Notes under the pieces: model-generated | Told to the model about the DNA's origin: nothing | What the model saw: only the letters and a program-made list of their open reading frames with translations | Database searches by the model: none | Virus record (IMG/VR): IMGVR_UViG_3300037067_015007 | Coordinates: 25,321-89,320 of that record | From: a virus | Lineage: Duplodnaviria; Caudoviricetes | Direction: 5' to 3' (one strand) | DNA: 64,000 bases | Shown: positions 50,517-58,326 of the stretch, one piece after another | Position numbering within the stretch: the stretch's first letter is position 1 | Layout of the letters: each line of letters opens with the position of its first letter | Program-made: the position numbers and the translations under genes

Positions 50517-50865
50517 TATTCTTTCCTCTATTTCTCAATATCTTCATTCCTTCTTCATTATCCCAATCAGGCCGTATTTCAAATCTCATGCATGCTTTGT
50601 CAACATTGTCTCTGCTTTTCCCCCAAAGAGGATGTTTCTTTTCCTGAAGCATTTTCCTATAGCATAGAGGGAATTCGGGGTCATGAACACAAACCACACA
50701 AGTAGGGTCATATCCATGCATCAACCTGTAGAACTTGTGCCAATTTTTAACTCTGTTATATAATCTCCTTTGTTGATTGATTTCCCAATCCCAAGTCAAT
50801 CTACTAATAAAGTTTTTTAAGAAGTTCATTCTCTTTCTGTATCCGAGTTCGTTCCAAATCTTCAA
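50485..50865 (-). CDS. small Cys4 paralog family member (outlier)
   Basis: WHKFYRLMHG...CVVC...LC...ACMRF; true start probably later than the ORF-track start. Confidence 0.55.
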   Translation of the reverse strand: MKIWNELGYRKRMNFLKNFISRLTWDWEINQQRRLYNRVKNWHKFYRLMHGYDPTCVVCVHDPEFPLCYRKMLQEKKHPLWGKSRDNVDKACMRFEIRPDWDNEEGMKILRNRGKNNEQGQTAKKN

Positions 50866-50986
50866 AGAACCTCTTGTTAAAATCTAACATATCCTGAAGG
50901 AATTTCTTCCTGTTCAGTTTCATAACAGCCTTACTAGGTCTTTTTACTTTTTTGATTTTAACAGTATCTCTTCCCATTTCATACTC

Positions 50987-51415
50987 CTATTTTATCAACC
51001 ACCAACCCAAGAGCATTAAAACTAAATGCATTGTATTATCAACGACTGTGTAAACAACGGCGGTGAACCCCCCTCGCAGGACATGGTAGTTCTCAGCCTT
51101 GATATTCCATTTTTCAAAAGGAATATCCTTGTGCCCGTTCTCCATGTAATCAGCAAGAGACCTTCCCTTGATAAACAGCATCCAACGGTCAGCCAACCCC
51201 CAACGGTCAATAGGATAATGTGAAGCAAATACAATAAAAGGCCACCACCAATTTTTGATAACAGGCAGAGTTACCACACAAAGGGTCAGCGTATAAATGA
51301 TGCAATGCACAAAACACTTGAAATGACTAGCGTTTTTGTTCATTGCCATCCATTTATTCTGAAAAAGGTAATCGCCTATCAGGTGGCCTAGAAGGATAAA
51401 ATCGAAAGTGCTCAT
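50987..51415 (-). CDS. DUF3307-like membrane protein
   Basis: LLGHLIGDYLFQ..WMA, HC.IY, SHYPID, DNTMHL. Confidence 0.8.
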   Translation of the reverse strand: MSTFDFILLGHLIGDYLFQNKWMAMNKNASHFKCFVHCIIYTLTLCVVTLPVIKNWWWPFIVFASHYPIDRWGLADRWMLFIKGRSLADYMENGHKDIPFEKWNIKAENYHVLRGGFTAVVYTVVDNTMHLVLMLLGWWLIK

Positions 51416-51807
51416 GCGTTCTTATCCTTTTCGTAATGTTCACAGCAACGGCCCAAGATGTAAAATGATTTCTTGTCTTTCTTGACAAAGACGAGATTCG
51501 ACTTGTCGCCGCTCTTGATGTAGCCCTTGGAACAACCACCCCAATCATTGCGAATGGCGCAGTTGTCGCAACTCAATTTCAGGTGGTTCATCACCGAGAC
51601 AAACCGCAACTTGTTCACGGTTCTTGTTTCGGTCGGAGTCATGCCGATAATCTGCGCCGACACACCTTCGATGTGCTTGCAAATGATATGGCGAAACTTC
51701 CATTGCGGACAAGAGCACCCGAAATCGCCCTCTTCAGAACGGGCCACGGTATAGAACTTGGTCGGGTCGCTCTCTGATTGAACTGACCATCGGTCAACCC
51801 ATTTCAT
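51412..51807 (-). CDS. SWIM zinc-finger protein
   Basis: WSVQSES...FYTV......GCSCPQW.....CKHI. Confidence 0.8.
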   Translation of the reverse strand: MKWVDRWSVQSESDPTKFYTVARSEEGDFGCSCPQWKFRHIICKHIEGVSAQIIGMTPTETRTVNKLRFVSVMNHLKLSCDNCAIRNDWGGCSKGYIKSGDKSNLVFVKKDKKSFYILGRCCEHYEKDKNA

Positions 51808-51833
51808 ATTTGTTCTCCTTATTCATCATTGAT

Positions 51834-51862
51834 ATTATACCACACTTTGTAATGCTTGTCAA
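51834..51862 (-). promoter_or_regulatory. sigma70/sigmaA-type early promoter
   Basis: TTGACA-17 bp-TATAAT, perfect consensus, upstream of 51807. Confidence 0.85.
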
Positions 51863-51872
51863 GTCTTTTCAC

Positions 51873-51968
51873 TAAATAATAGTGTAGGGACAGGGGATGC
51901 AACCCTTTTTGAAAAGCCATGTCTTTTCAGATTACCTACAATAAATTAAACTTACATGGAGGTTTAAA
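51873..51968 (+). ncRNA. endonuclease-leader structured RNA, copy 8
   Basis: P1 TGTAGG/CCTACA; P3 TTGAAAAG/CTTTTCAG; loop CCATGT pairs with ACATGG (51954-51959). Confidence 0.75.
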
Positions 51969-52565
51969 ATGGATAAAGAAGAAAAGAGATTATATGATAA
52001 GGAATATCGACAAAGGAATAAAGAAAAAGAAAAATTAAGGCATCAAGAATATTATCAAAACAATAAAGAAAAAATATTATTAATATGTAAAAAATATCGA
52101 AATAATAATAGAAAGAAAATAAATGAACGAAGAGATAATAAGAAAAAAATCAACATTAATTTTAAAATTACTTGTGGGTTACGAGGTAGAATTGCTAAGG
52201 CAATTAAAGGAAATTACAAGTCAGGTTCGGCAGTCAAAGACCTTGGATGTTCTATTCCCGAACTTAAAACCTATTTAGAATCCAAGTTTCAAGAGGGAAT
52301 GACTTGGGAGAATTGGGGAATCCACGGATGGCATATAGACCATATTACACCCTTGGACTCTTTTAATCTCCAAAACAGGGAAGAATTTTTGAAGGCTTGT
52401 CATTATACAAACCTTCAACCACTTTGGGCTGAAGAAAATTTAACTAAAGGGGCTTCTCCTTCCTTTCCTTCATACCCTTCAGCATCGAAAAGAAACGAGC
52501 CGCACCACAAGAGAAATTCTTCTCCATTGCCTTATGCCTACGGCATGCGGCGGTCTCGGTGCTAG
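51969..52565 (+). CDS. HNH homing endonuclease inserted antisense in the early region
   Basis: GWHIDHITPL...ACHYTNLQPLWAEENLTKG, then read-through into the antisense of the neighbouring gene. Confidence 0.9.
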   Translation: MDKEEKRLYDKEYRQRNKEKEKLRHQEYYQNNKEKILLICKKYRNNNRKKINERRDNKKKININFKITCGLRGRIAKAIKGNYKSGSAVKDLGCSIPELKTYLESKFQEGMTWENWGIHGWHIDHITPLDSFNLQNREEFLKACHYTNLQPLWAEENLTKGASPSFPSYPSASKRNEPHHKRNSSPLPYAYGMRRSRC

Positions 52566-52668
52566 GAAGAATAGCGAAAGCGCATTCCCCCTTAAACGGG
52601 CATTCGACCCCTTTTGGAATCAGGCCATCGACTAGCCCGTTTTCATTTTCCCAATCAAGGCAACTCAT
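52444..52668 (-). CDS. small Cys-rich hypothetical protein
   Basis: CPFKGEC...CRRH...FSC; follows 52672-53109 closely. Confidence 0.5.
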   Translation of the reverse strand: MSCLDWENENGLVDGLIPKGVECPFKGECAFAILPSTETAACRRHKAMEKNFSCGAARFFSMLKGMKERKEKPL

Positions 52669-52671
52669 ATT

Positions 52672-53109
52672 TTACTCCTGATTCTTGCGGTTACGGAAGA
52701 AATCAAACACCTGCGAACGGGTGCCTTCGATGATGGCTTCGTTGAAATCGTTCTCGGCTCCCCACACGGAATACACGAAACCACCTTCACCATCAGGCTT
52801 GCGGGGGCTGACCGTCCAAATGACATCCCCGCTCTTCAGGTCGCAAATGCGAAAGTCGTCATACAGTCCACCCCAACCCGCAGGGCAGTTGTTCTTGAAG
52901 AACACATACCTTGTGGTCAGGTCAACGGGAACGACCTTCAGGAAAGACTTCAGAGCAGAGAACAACGTCTTGGTCTTGTTGGCAAGGCTCTTGTCCTTGC
53001 AGAACCAATCGTACCACCCTGCGGCGCATTGGGTCTTGAAATCGGGGGCTTCGTACTTTCCCGCCTCAAATTCCTTCAACTGAACCTTCAGGTTTTTCTG
53101 CTTGCTCAT
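52672..53109 (-). CDS. conserved-looking phage hypothetical protein
   Basis: AGWYDWFCKDKSL, YVFFKNNCP..GGLYDDFRICD; GC-richer codon usage; GGAG SD. Confidence 0.7.
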   Translation of the reverse strand: MSKQKNLKVQLKEFEAGKYEAPDFKTQCAAGWYDWFCKDKSLANKTKTLFSALKSFLKVVPVDLTTRYVFFKNNCPAGWGGLYDDFRICDLKSGDVIWTVSPRKPDGEGGFVYSVWGAENDFNEAIIEGTRSQVFDFFRNRKNQE

Positions 53110-53111
53110 TA

Positions 53112-53348
53112 TTAGTTCTCCTTAATCGTTATTTTATATTCAGTAAAATACTCAATAAGATTTTGCAAATTGTAAAGATTGAAAAACTTATCGTTCCCTG
53201 CCCGAATCAATTCCCTGCCGAACTCTTGTGATTTTTGGCAATCTTCACAAAGACTCAACCGTTGAAGATTCAGCGGCAGTTTCCATTTCCATACCTTTTG
53301 ATGGCAAGAAACACAAGTGATTTTTTTAGTTCTGTTTTTCATTACCAA
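53112..53348 (-). CDS. small Zn-finger-like protein
   Basis: CVSCH...LCEDCQ. Confidence 0.5.
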   Translation of the reverse strand: MVMKNRTKKITCVSCHQKVWKWKLPLNLQRLSLCEDCQKSQEFGRELIRAGNDKFFNLYNLQNLIEYFTEYKITIKEN

Positions 53349-53593
53349 CCTCTTTTTAAAGTGTATTCCTGTTTATATTGAAGAGAGGTAAGATGTTCAA
53401 CATTGAACTTATACCATTTTTCGTCCACTTTGATATAAGCGTAAAAGCCCCAAGTCGAATCGCAACGGACATCGGTTTCGACACCATTGACCTTGATAAC
53501 AGTCCAAGTGTCCCACGTTCTTCCCCTGCCGCCAAACTTGGGCTTGGCACAGTTCTTAACCACAATCTTTTGATTGTCTATTACTAATTTCAT
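53342..53593 (-). CDS. hypothetical protein
   Basis: 83-aa ORF right after the promoter at 53600. Confidence 0.55.
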   Translation of the reverse strand: MKLVIDNQKIVVKNCAKPKFGGRGRTWDTWTVIKVNGVETDVRCDSTWGFYAYIKVDEKWYKFNVEHLTSLQYKQEYTLKRGW

Positions 53594-53599
53594 ACTTAT

Positions 53600-53628
53600 A
53601 TTATACCAAATGAAAACCCGTTTGTCAA
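53600..53628 (-). promoter_or_regulatory. sigma70-type promoter
   Basis: TTGACA-17-TATAAT. Confidence 0.85.
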
Positions 53629-53942
53629 GCCTTTTTACTATTTTTATATGTTTTTATCCATTCAATACAACGAGAACCTTCTGGAATATCTTCGATTTTA
53701 TCTTCTAGAATTATACCTGTTAACGTTGCGGGATAAGCAATTAGTCGTTTCCCCTGTCTTTTACAACGCTGTTCCTTCGTACCTGCCACAGTTGCTTTTG
53801 GTGAATTCCCTGAAATTATATAAGAATGTTTACACCCATCGCAATAAAAAGAACGATAATTTTTCCAATCTAAATATTCCTGATAGTGCATAACAAAATA
53901 AAATCTGAGTTTCCTCAGCCAATATTCAGGAGGTCTAAACAT
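53625..53942 (-). CDS. Cys4 array paralog 17
   Basis: PPEYWLRKLRFYFVMH..CDGC..C..CIEWIK. Confidence 0.8.
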   Translation of the reverse strand: MFRPPEYWLRKLRFYFVMHYQEYLDWKNYRSFYCDGCKHSYIISGNSPKATVAGTKEQRCKRQGKRLIAYPATLTGIILEDKIEDIPEGSRCIEWIKTYKNSKKA

Positions 53943-54237
53943 TTCTTATCCACTCAATACAATGGAAATCTTCATCATAATCAGGCCGATTATTTAATGT
54001 ATAAACGTCATTCAGAAATCTCATGACAAATAACCGCTTAGGATTATTTTCATAATCACATTTAGGCCCAAGAACATTCAACATTACCAAATAAGCATTA
54101 GGATGATAATGATGGCACAGTTCACAAGGATTGAAAGAATGGCAATAGGGCCATTGCTCCCGTTCTTGCGGATGAAGTATAAACCACAACCGCAATTTCC
54201 CTAGCCAATACTTAGGCGGTCTATCTAATCGGGACAA
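53935..54237 (-). CDS. Cys4 array paralog 16
   Basis: PPKYWLGKLRLWFILH..CELC..C..CIEWIRNV; TTG start. Confidence 0.8.
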   Translation of the reverse strand: MSRLDRPPKYWLGKLRLWFILHPQEREQWPYCHSFNPCELCHHYHPNAYLVMLNVLGPKCDYENNPKRLFVMRFLNDVYTLNNRPDYDEDFHCIEWIRNV

Positions 54238-54464
54238 ATTTTACATTCTCCTTCAATGTGGCAAAAATCATCGATGTGGCAATCATAACAACAGGTGAAA
54301 TTAGGACAGTTGTTTTGTATGATGCCATATGCCTCATCCCCAAATTTATCAACCAACTCATTCAGTATCCTAGTCAGCATGCGGCTGTTAGGATGAAGCA
54401 TGAGAGGACATTCATTGCAATTTTCATCACACAGTTTAACTTTTGCTTTCTTCATCATTCCCAC
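54225..54464 (-). CDS. unrelated Cys-rich small protein inserted in the array
   Basis: LCDENCNECPL...CPNFTCCYDCHIDDFCH; lacks the family motifs. Confidence 0.6.
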   Translation of the reverse strand: MGMMKKAKVKLCDENCNECPLMLHPNSRMLTRILNELVDKFGDEAYGIIQNNCPNFTCCYDCHIDDFCHIEGECKICPD

Positions 54465-54691
54465 CTTAATTTTTTAGTGATGTATTCTTTCGCCTCATCG
54501 AAATTGTCAGCTGTGAAAGGCATGACAACTTTCTTTACGAACTCATTGCCTTCACAATCCCTAGTGTAATCGTCATGGTCGCCAAACCAACGCTTGACCT
54601 GGACCGTTCCGTTGCTGTGAAGATAACCCCAAAACCAAAGACCTTGTAGATTTTTCTCAATCATTTTTTCACTCCTACATATCTGACCCAT
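54455..54691 (-). CDS. unrelated small protein inserted in the array
   Basis: WFWGYLHSNGTVQVKRWFGD; likely start is the later ATG (MIEKN). Confidence 0.6.
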   Translation of the reverse strand: MGQICRSEKMIEKNLQGLWFWGYLHSNGTVQVKRWFGDHDDYTRDCEGNEFVKKVVMPFTADNFDEAKEYITKKLRWE

Positions 54692-55002
54692 TCAAAACAT
54701 TCTAAATGCGGTGCTAATGCTTCATTACTAATCGATGCTTGCTTTTTCTTTTTATCATACATCAAAGTCTCTCGGCCTGAGCATAAGGGAGTTTCATCGG
54801 TAAATGAACCTTCACGATGAGGGCATAATTTACAATACTCATAAGGATTATTTTCGTGATGAAAGATTTTATAAAATTTCGCCTTGTTATATAATCTATT
54901 GATATCCGTCTGCGACATATCTTCCTTTTTATGAATTCTCCTTTTCATCACAGTTATTTCCCGTATTAAAGATGCGGGTTGCGCTAAATTTTTTTCATAC
55001 AT
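54661..55002 (-). CDS. Cys4 array paralog 15
   Basis: NKAKFYKIFH..CKLC..C..CFEWVRYV. Confidence 0.75.
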   Translation of the reverse strand: MYEKNLAQPASLIREITVMKRRIHKKEDMSQTDINRLYNKAKFYKIFHHENNPYEYCKLCPHREGSFTDETPLCSGRETLMYDKKKKQASISNEALAPHLECFEWVRYVGVKK

Positions 55003-55228
55003 GCTTGATGAACTCTATGCAAGTCCATTTGCTCGTGTCAGGTTCTCTATGCCACGATACATACTTCAATTTTCTTCTAGGGCGCACAGTCAATGTAATA
55101 TCAGGGCAAGTGTCATGTTCATAATGAGGGCATCGTTCGCACATATTTTTTTGAAATCTTTCCAATGGGTGCAGTACACACCACAATTTGAATTTGTTTT
55201 TCCAACGGATGAATTTAAGTCTGCTCAT
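54995..55228 (-). CDS. Cys4 array paralog 14
   Basis: WKNKFKLWCVLHP..CERC..C..CIEFIKHV. Confidence 0.8.
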   Translation of the reverse strand: MSRLKFIRWKNKFKLWCVLHPLERFQKNMCERCPHYEHDTCPDITLTVRPRRKLKYVSWHREPDTSKWTCIEFIKHV

Positions 55229-55566
55229 TTCTGTTGTCCATGTTTCAGATAATTGTCATTATGTAAAAACCCTAAACATTGCTGTGAACCAATGATACCT
55301 GTTTTGATTATCTTTATGAACTGCACTTTGATATATGATTTACTCGCTACACAATCTTCATATGAACGTTTATGATAATAACAGTTACAATGTTCACAAT
55401 GAGATTCATTAGGATGAAATAGATGCCACACTCTGAATTTATTCACCAACCTGTTTATCATTTCATCACTCAATTCTTCGGCAAGAGAACTGAAAGGCTC
55501 ACAAACGGTTACATCATGACCTTTATATTCGGGAAGATGCCAAGAGTCTTTTCTTAATATTCTCAT
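55225..55566 (-). CDS. Cys4 array paralog 13
   Basis: NKFRVWHLFHP..CEHC..C..CLGF. Confidence 0.7.
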   Translation of the reverse strand: MRILRKDSWHLPEYKGHDVTVCEPFSSLAEELSDEMINRLVNKFRVWHLFHPNESHCEHCNCYYHKRSYEDCVASKSYIKVQFIKIIKTGIIGSQQCLGFLHNDNYLKHGQQK

Positions 55567-55817
55567 TTTACATAGTTGCCTTCAAGCAGAAAACGGACAC
55601 AGGCTGACATTTCCTCACCATCTTTATGCTTCATATTGAATTCCATGTAATAACCCTGACGGCATCCGCAATCCTTATCCTTTGGATTCGTCCTTGCACA
55701 ATGATGGCATACATGGTCGTTAGGGTGCAACATTCGCCAAACTAAAAACTTATTCCTCAGTTTCTCGTTGAACTTTTTTACTTTGGCTTCTTCAGGTATT
55801 CTTGATTTATCAATCAT
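55563..55817 (-). CDS. Cys4 array paralog 12
   Basis: NKFLVWRMLHP..CHHC..C..CVRF. Confidence 0.7.
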   Translation of the reverse strand: MIDKSRIPEEAKVKKFNEKLRNKFLVWRMLHPNDHVCHHCARTNPKDKDCGCRQGYYMEFNMKHKDGEEMSACVRFLLEGNYVK

Positions 55818-55832
55818 TTATCACCATCATAT

Positions 55833-55861
55833 ATAATAGCATACATTTTCATTTTTGTCAA
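55833..55861 (-). promoter_or_regulatory. internal sigma70-type promoter within the array
   Basis: TTGACA-17-TATTAT. Confidence 0.7.
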
Positions 55862-56157
55862 GATATATGTTTTACCCATTCGATACACAGCAAGTTATGT
55901 GTGAATTCATTTTTGTTATATACTTTTAAAAATTCTCTATCCGTATGTAATCTGAAACAAGTTGTAAACATTTTACAATCAACAGGCTGACCTTCATATA
56001 GCATTATCATTTCCTGTCCCGAAGGATAATGCTTGCAGTTCCTACAGGCCTCAATAATATTATCCAATCCTATCCCATGCAGGACAAGCCACAACTTTGC
56101 CTTCCGCATCAACGTTTCCTCAACGGGGGGTGGAAAGGGGGTTTGATTTTCAGACAT
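55858..56157 (-). CDS. Cys4 array paralog 11
   Basis: RKAKLWLVLHG..CRNC..C..CIEWVKHI. Confidence 0.8.
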   Translation of the reverse strand: MSENQTPFPPPVEETLMRKAKLWLVLHGIGLDNIIEACRNCKHYPSGQEMIMLYEGQPVDCKMFTTCFRLHTDREFLKVYNKNEFTHNLLCIEWVKHIS

Positions 56158-56422
56158 GCTTAATCCATTCTACGCAATATTTGTAGGCATGCCCAGGTTC
56201 CAAGACAACCACTTTCTTGAAATCATCTGTTACCAATCGTTTAAGAGGGCAATGGAGTATTTTAACTCCAATCCCTTCTATAGTTGGTGAATGCAAGCAT
56301 TTCCCGCACATATCCTGAAAATTGAAGCGGTCATGCATTTGCATGAATTCAGGGTGCAGGACTCTCCACAACTTGAACTTGTTTTCATACATCTGCAAAT
56401 TACGTTCTGATATGTTATTCAT
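56150..56422 (-). CDS. Cys4 array paralog 10
   Basis: NKFKLWRVLHP..CGKC..C..CVEWIKHV. Confidence 0.8.
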   Translation of the reverse strand: MNNISERNLQMYENKFKLWRVLHPEFMQMHDRFNFQDMCGKCLHSPTIEGIGVKILHCPLKRLVTDDFKKVVVLEPGHAYKYCVEWIKHV

Positions 56423-56747
56423 ATTTTATCCACTCCTTGCAATCTTCAACACCCACAAGAATTCTCGTTTCTAAATAATAATCAATTTTACTGAGTTTCA
56501 TGCGGAATTCATAATTAAGAATTAAACGAGGGACATCACGAATAGGACAATTTGTCAACTCTGCTTGTAATACATATGAATTCCTTCGTATCACTCTTTG
56601 CAGTTCTAAATCTCCGATGATGCCTTTCTTATACATGCAAGATACGCATTTGACACATTTGTTTTCAGGATTCCATATTCCCCCATGCAGGATATGCCAC
56701 AGTTTATATTTTCTGTCCCAATATTCAATGCTATGCTCTTCACACAT
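56415..56747 (-). CDS. Cys4 array paralog 9
   Basis: EYWDRKYKLWHILHGG..CVSC..C..CKEWIKYE; start reset to the junction ATG. Confidence 0.8.
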   Translation of the reverse strand: MCEEHSIEYWDRKYKLWHILHGGIWNPENKCVKCVSCMYKKGIIGDLELQRVIRRNSYVLQAELTNCPIRDVPRLILNYEFRMKLSKIDYYLETRILVGVEDCKEWIKYE

Positions 56748-57012
56748 GCTTAATCCATTCAATACACCAACTACCCTGAAAAAAACCAGGTATTTGAAAA
56801 AAACCTGTATTTGAAACATATACTATTTTAGAGGTAGAACTACTGATTGCAATAACTTGACTAGGGCATGCATATGTCGTTGGTGGTAGATGATGTTTGC
56901 AACGATGGCAATGGTCTAACATAGTACGGTTTTCTTTTTCAGGATGAAGTATCATCCATAATCTCCATTTATTAAACCATTTGTTCAATTCTTCTTTGGA
57001 CATATTAGACAT
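56740..57012 (-). CDS. Cys4 array paralog 8
   Basis: WFNKWRLWMILHP..CHRC..C..CIEWIKHV. Confidence 0.8.
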   Translation of the reverse strand: MSNMSKEELNKWFNKWRLWMILHPEKENRTMLDHCHRCKHHLPPTTYACPSQVIAISSSTSKIVYVSNTGFFQIPGFFQGSWCIEWIKHV

Positions 57013-57298
57013 CTTTCACCCACTCCACGCAAAAATACTCGTGTTCAGCATCCCCTGCATTGCCCTGCGGATTGAATTTGATTGAACTCAAATCTTTCTT
57101 CGCCATCAACCTTCCCCGCATTTCATCTTTCCTTTTGCAACGGTGATGTACAACTCCCCATTGACTTGTCAAAGGGCCAATAAGATATCGGCAATTACTG
57201 CACAGGTCAACATTTTGAATGCCCTTCCAACCCCCGTGTAAAACCATCCACAGTTTCACCTTGCCTAGCCAATACGCATTCGGTTTTGATTCAGACAT
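57005..57298 (-). CDS. Cys4 array paralog 7
   Basis: YWLGKVKLWMVLHGG..CSNC..C..CVEWVKDV; start reset to the junction ATG. Confidence 0.8.
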   Translation of the reverse strand: MSESKPNAYWLGKVKLWMVLHGGWKGIQNVDLCSNCRYLIGPLTSQWGVVHHRCKRKDEMRGRLMAKKDLSSIKFNPQGNAGDAEHEYFCVEWVKDV

Positions 57299-57552
57299 GC
57301 TTAACCCATTCCGCACAAGCCCAATTCCATACATACCTGTTTTTTTAAATTCAACCACTCTTCCACAGTTTCAACCAAGAACACCTGAGTGAGTTTTTTA
57401 TTACCTACTAAAAAATTCTGTCTGTTGCATATTTTACATAGATTGCAAACTAGTGTTCTGTTTTCCATAGTGCTAGGTACATTGTTTATACCATGCAACA
57501 CAAGCCATAGCCTAGCCTTACGGATTTGTCTATCCTCTTTTATCTCAAACAT
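57291..57552 (-). pseudogene. Cys4 array paralog 6, frameshifted in an A7 tract
   Basis: RKARLWLVLHG..CNLCKIC; the ACAEWVKHV end is in another frame; removing one base from T7 at 57340-57346 restores it. Confidence 0.7.
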
Positions 57553-57817
57553 GCTTGGCCCACTCTATGCATATTCTTCCATGACCTATACCAAGTTTCC
57601 ATTCCGTAAAATGGGGAGCATTACTTGTCAACAAACTCCAAGTGTTTATAGAACAATACAAATCACCTATTTCTTTTTCCAAGCGCATCGGGCATTTGAA
57701 CTTACAAAACCACCGCAATTCATCTTCAGCCTTTTCGTACTCTCCATGCAATACAAACCACAACTTTGCCTTTCTCATCCAATACTCAGGCGGTCTATCT
57801 ATTACATCTTTAGACAT
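57545..57817 (-). CDS. Cys4 array paralog 5
   Basis: PPEYWMRKAKLWFVLHG..CKFKC..C..CIEWAKHV. Confidence 0.8.
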   Translation of the reverse strand: MSKDVIDRPPEYWMRKAKLWFVLHGEYEKAEDELRWFCKFKCPMRLEKEIGDLYCSINTWSLLTSNAPHFTEWKLGIGHGRICIEWAKHV

Positions 57818-58109
57818 GCTTTATCCATTCGGCGCAGAACGTTCTTTCGGGAACTCCCTTCTCCACATTATACATCGCTTTCAAATCATGCGTAGCCCTT
57901 AATCTTTTATCCCCTATCGGGCGATTGCACCATCCCCCATCCTTGCCGCCGTAAGGACATAACTTAGTACAAGGCCTTCTGTCTTTATCATTCCCCTGCC
58001 ACCACTTCAACCCACCATGCAACGCAACAAACAGTTTCAATTTCCTAAACCAATAATCAACTGTATGTCCATCAGTCTCTACATTAAGTTCAAGGATGAT
58101 TTCAGACAT
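57810..58109 (-). CDS. Cys4 array paralog 4
   Basis: DYWFRKLKLFVALHGG..CTKLC..C..CAEWIKHV. Confidence 0.8.
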   Translation of the reverse strand: MSEIILELNVETDGHTVDYWFRKLKLFVALHGGLKWWQGNDKDRRPCTKLCPYGGKDGGWCNRPIGDKRLRATHDLKAMYNVEKGVPERTFCAEWIKHV

Positions 58110-58326
58110 ACTTAATCCATTCTATACAATCATCAGTATCAAGACACATTTCCATACTTAAAGAAATAGTTTTACTATTCCTATTAAAAACCAAACCCTT
58201 CATTGTCGCACAATTTTCATTTCTCAACAGGCATACTCCACAATTTTTAAAAGAGGTAATATTAGGATGCAAGACTCTCCATAATCTAAACTTTCTCTCC
58301 CAATATTCTAATGTATGCTCAGACAT
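58102..58326 (-). CDS. Cys4 array paralog 3
   Basis: EYWERKFRLWRVLHP..CGVC..C..CIEWIKYV. Confidence 0.8.
   Translation of the reverse strand: MSEHTLEYWERKFRLWRVLHPNITSFKNCGVCLLRNENCATMKGLVFNRNSKTISLSMEMCLDTDDCIEWIKYV

Noticed and set aside
1607-52565. Group I introns hosting the endonucleases
   Set aside because: Flanking genes look complete with their own starts and stops, the non-coding flanks are under 110 nt, and no intron core elements were recognised.
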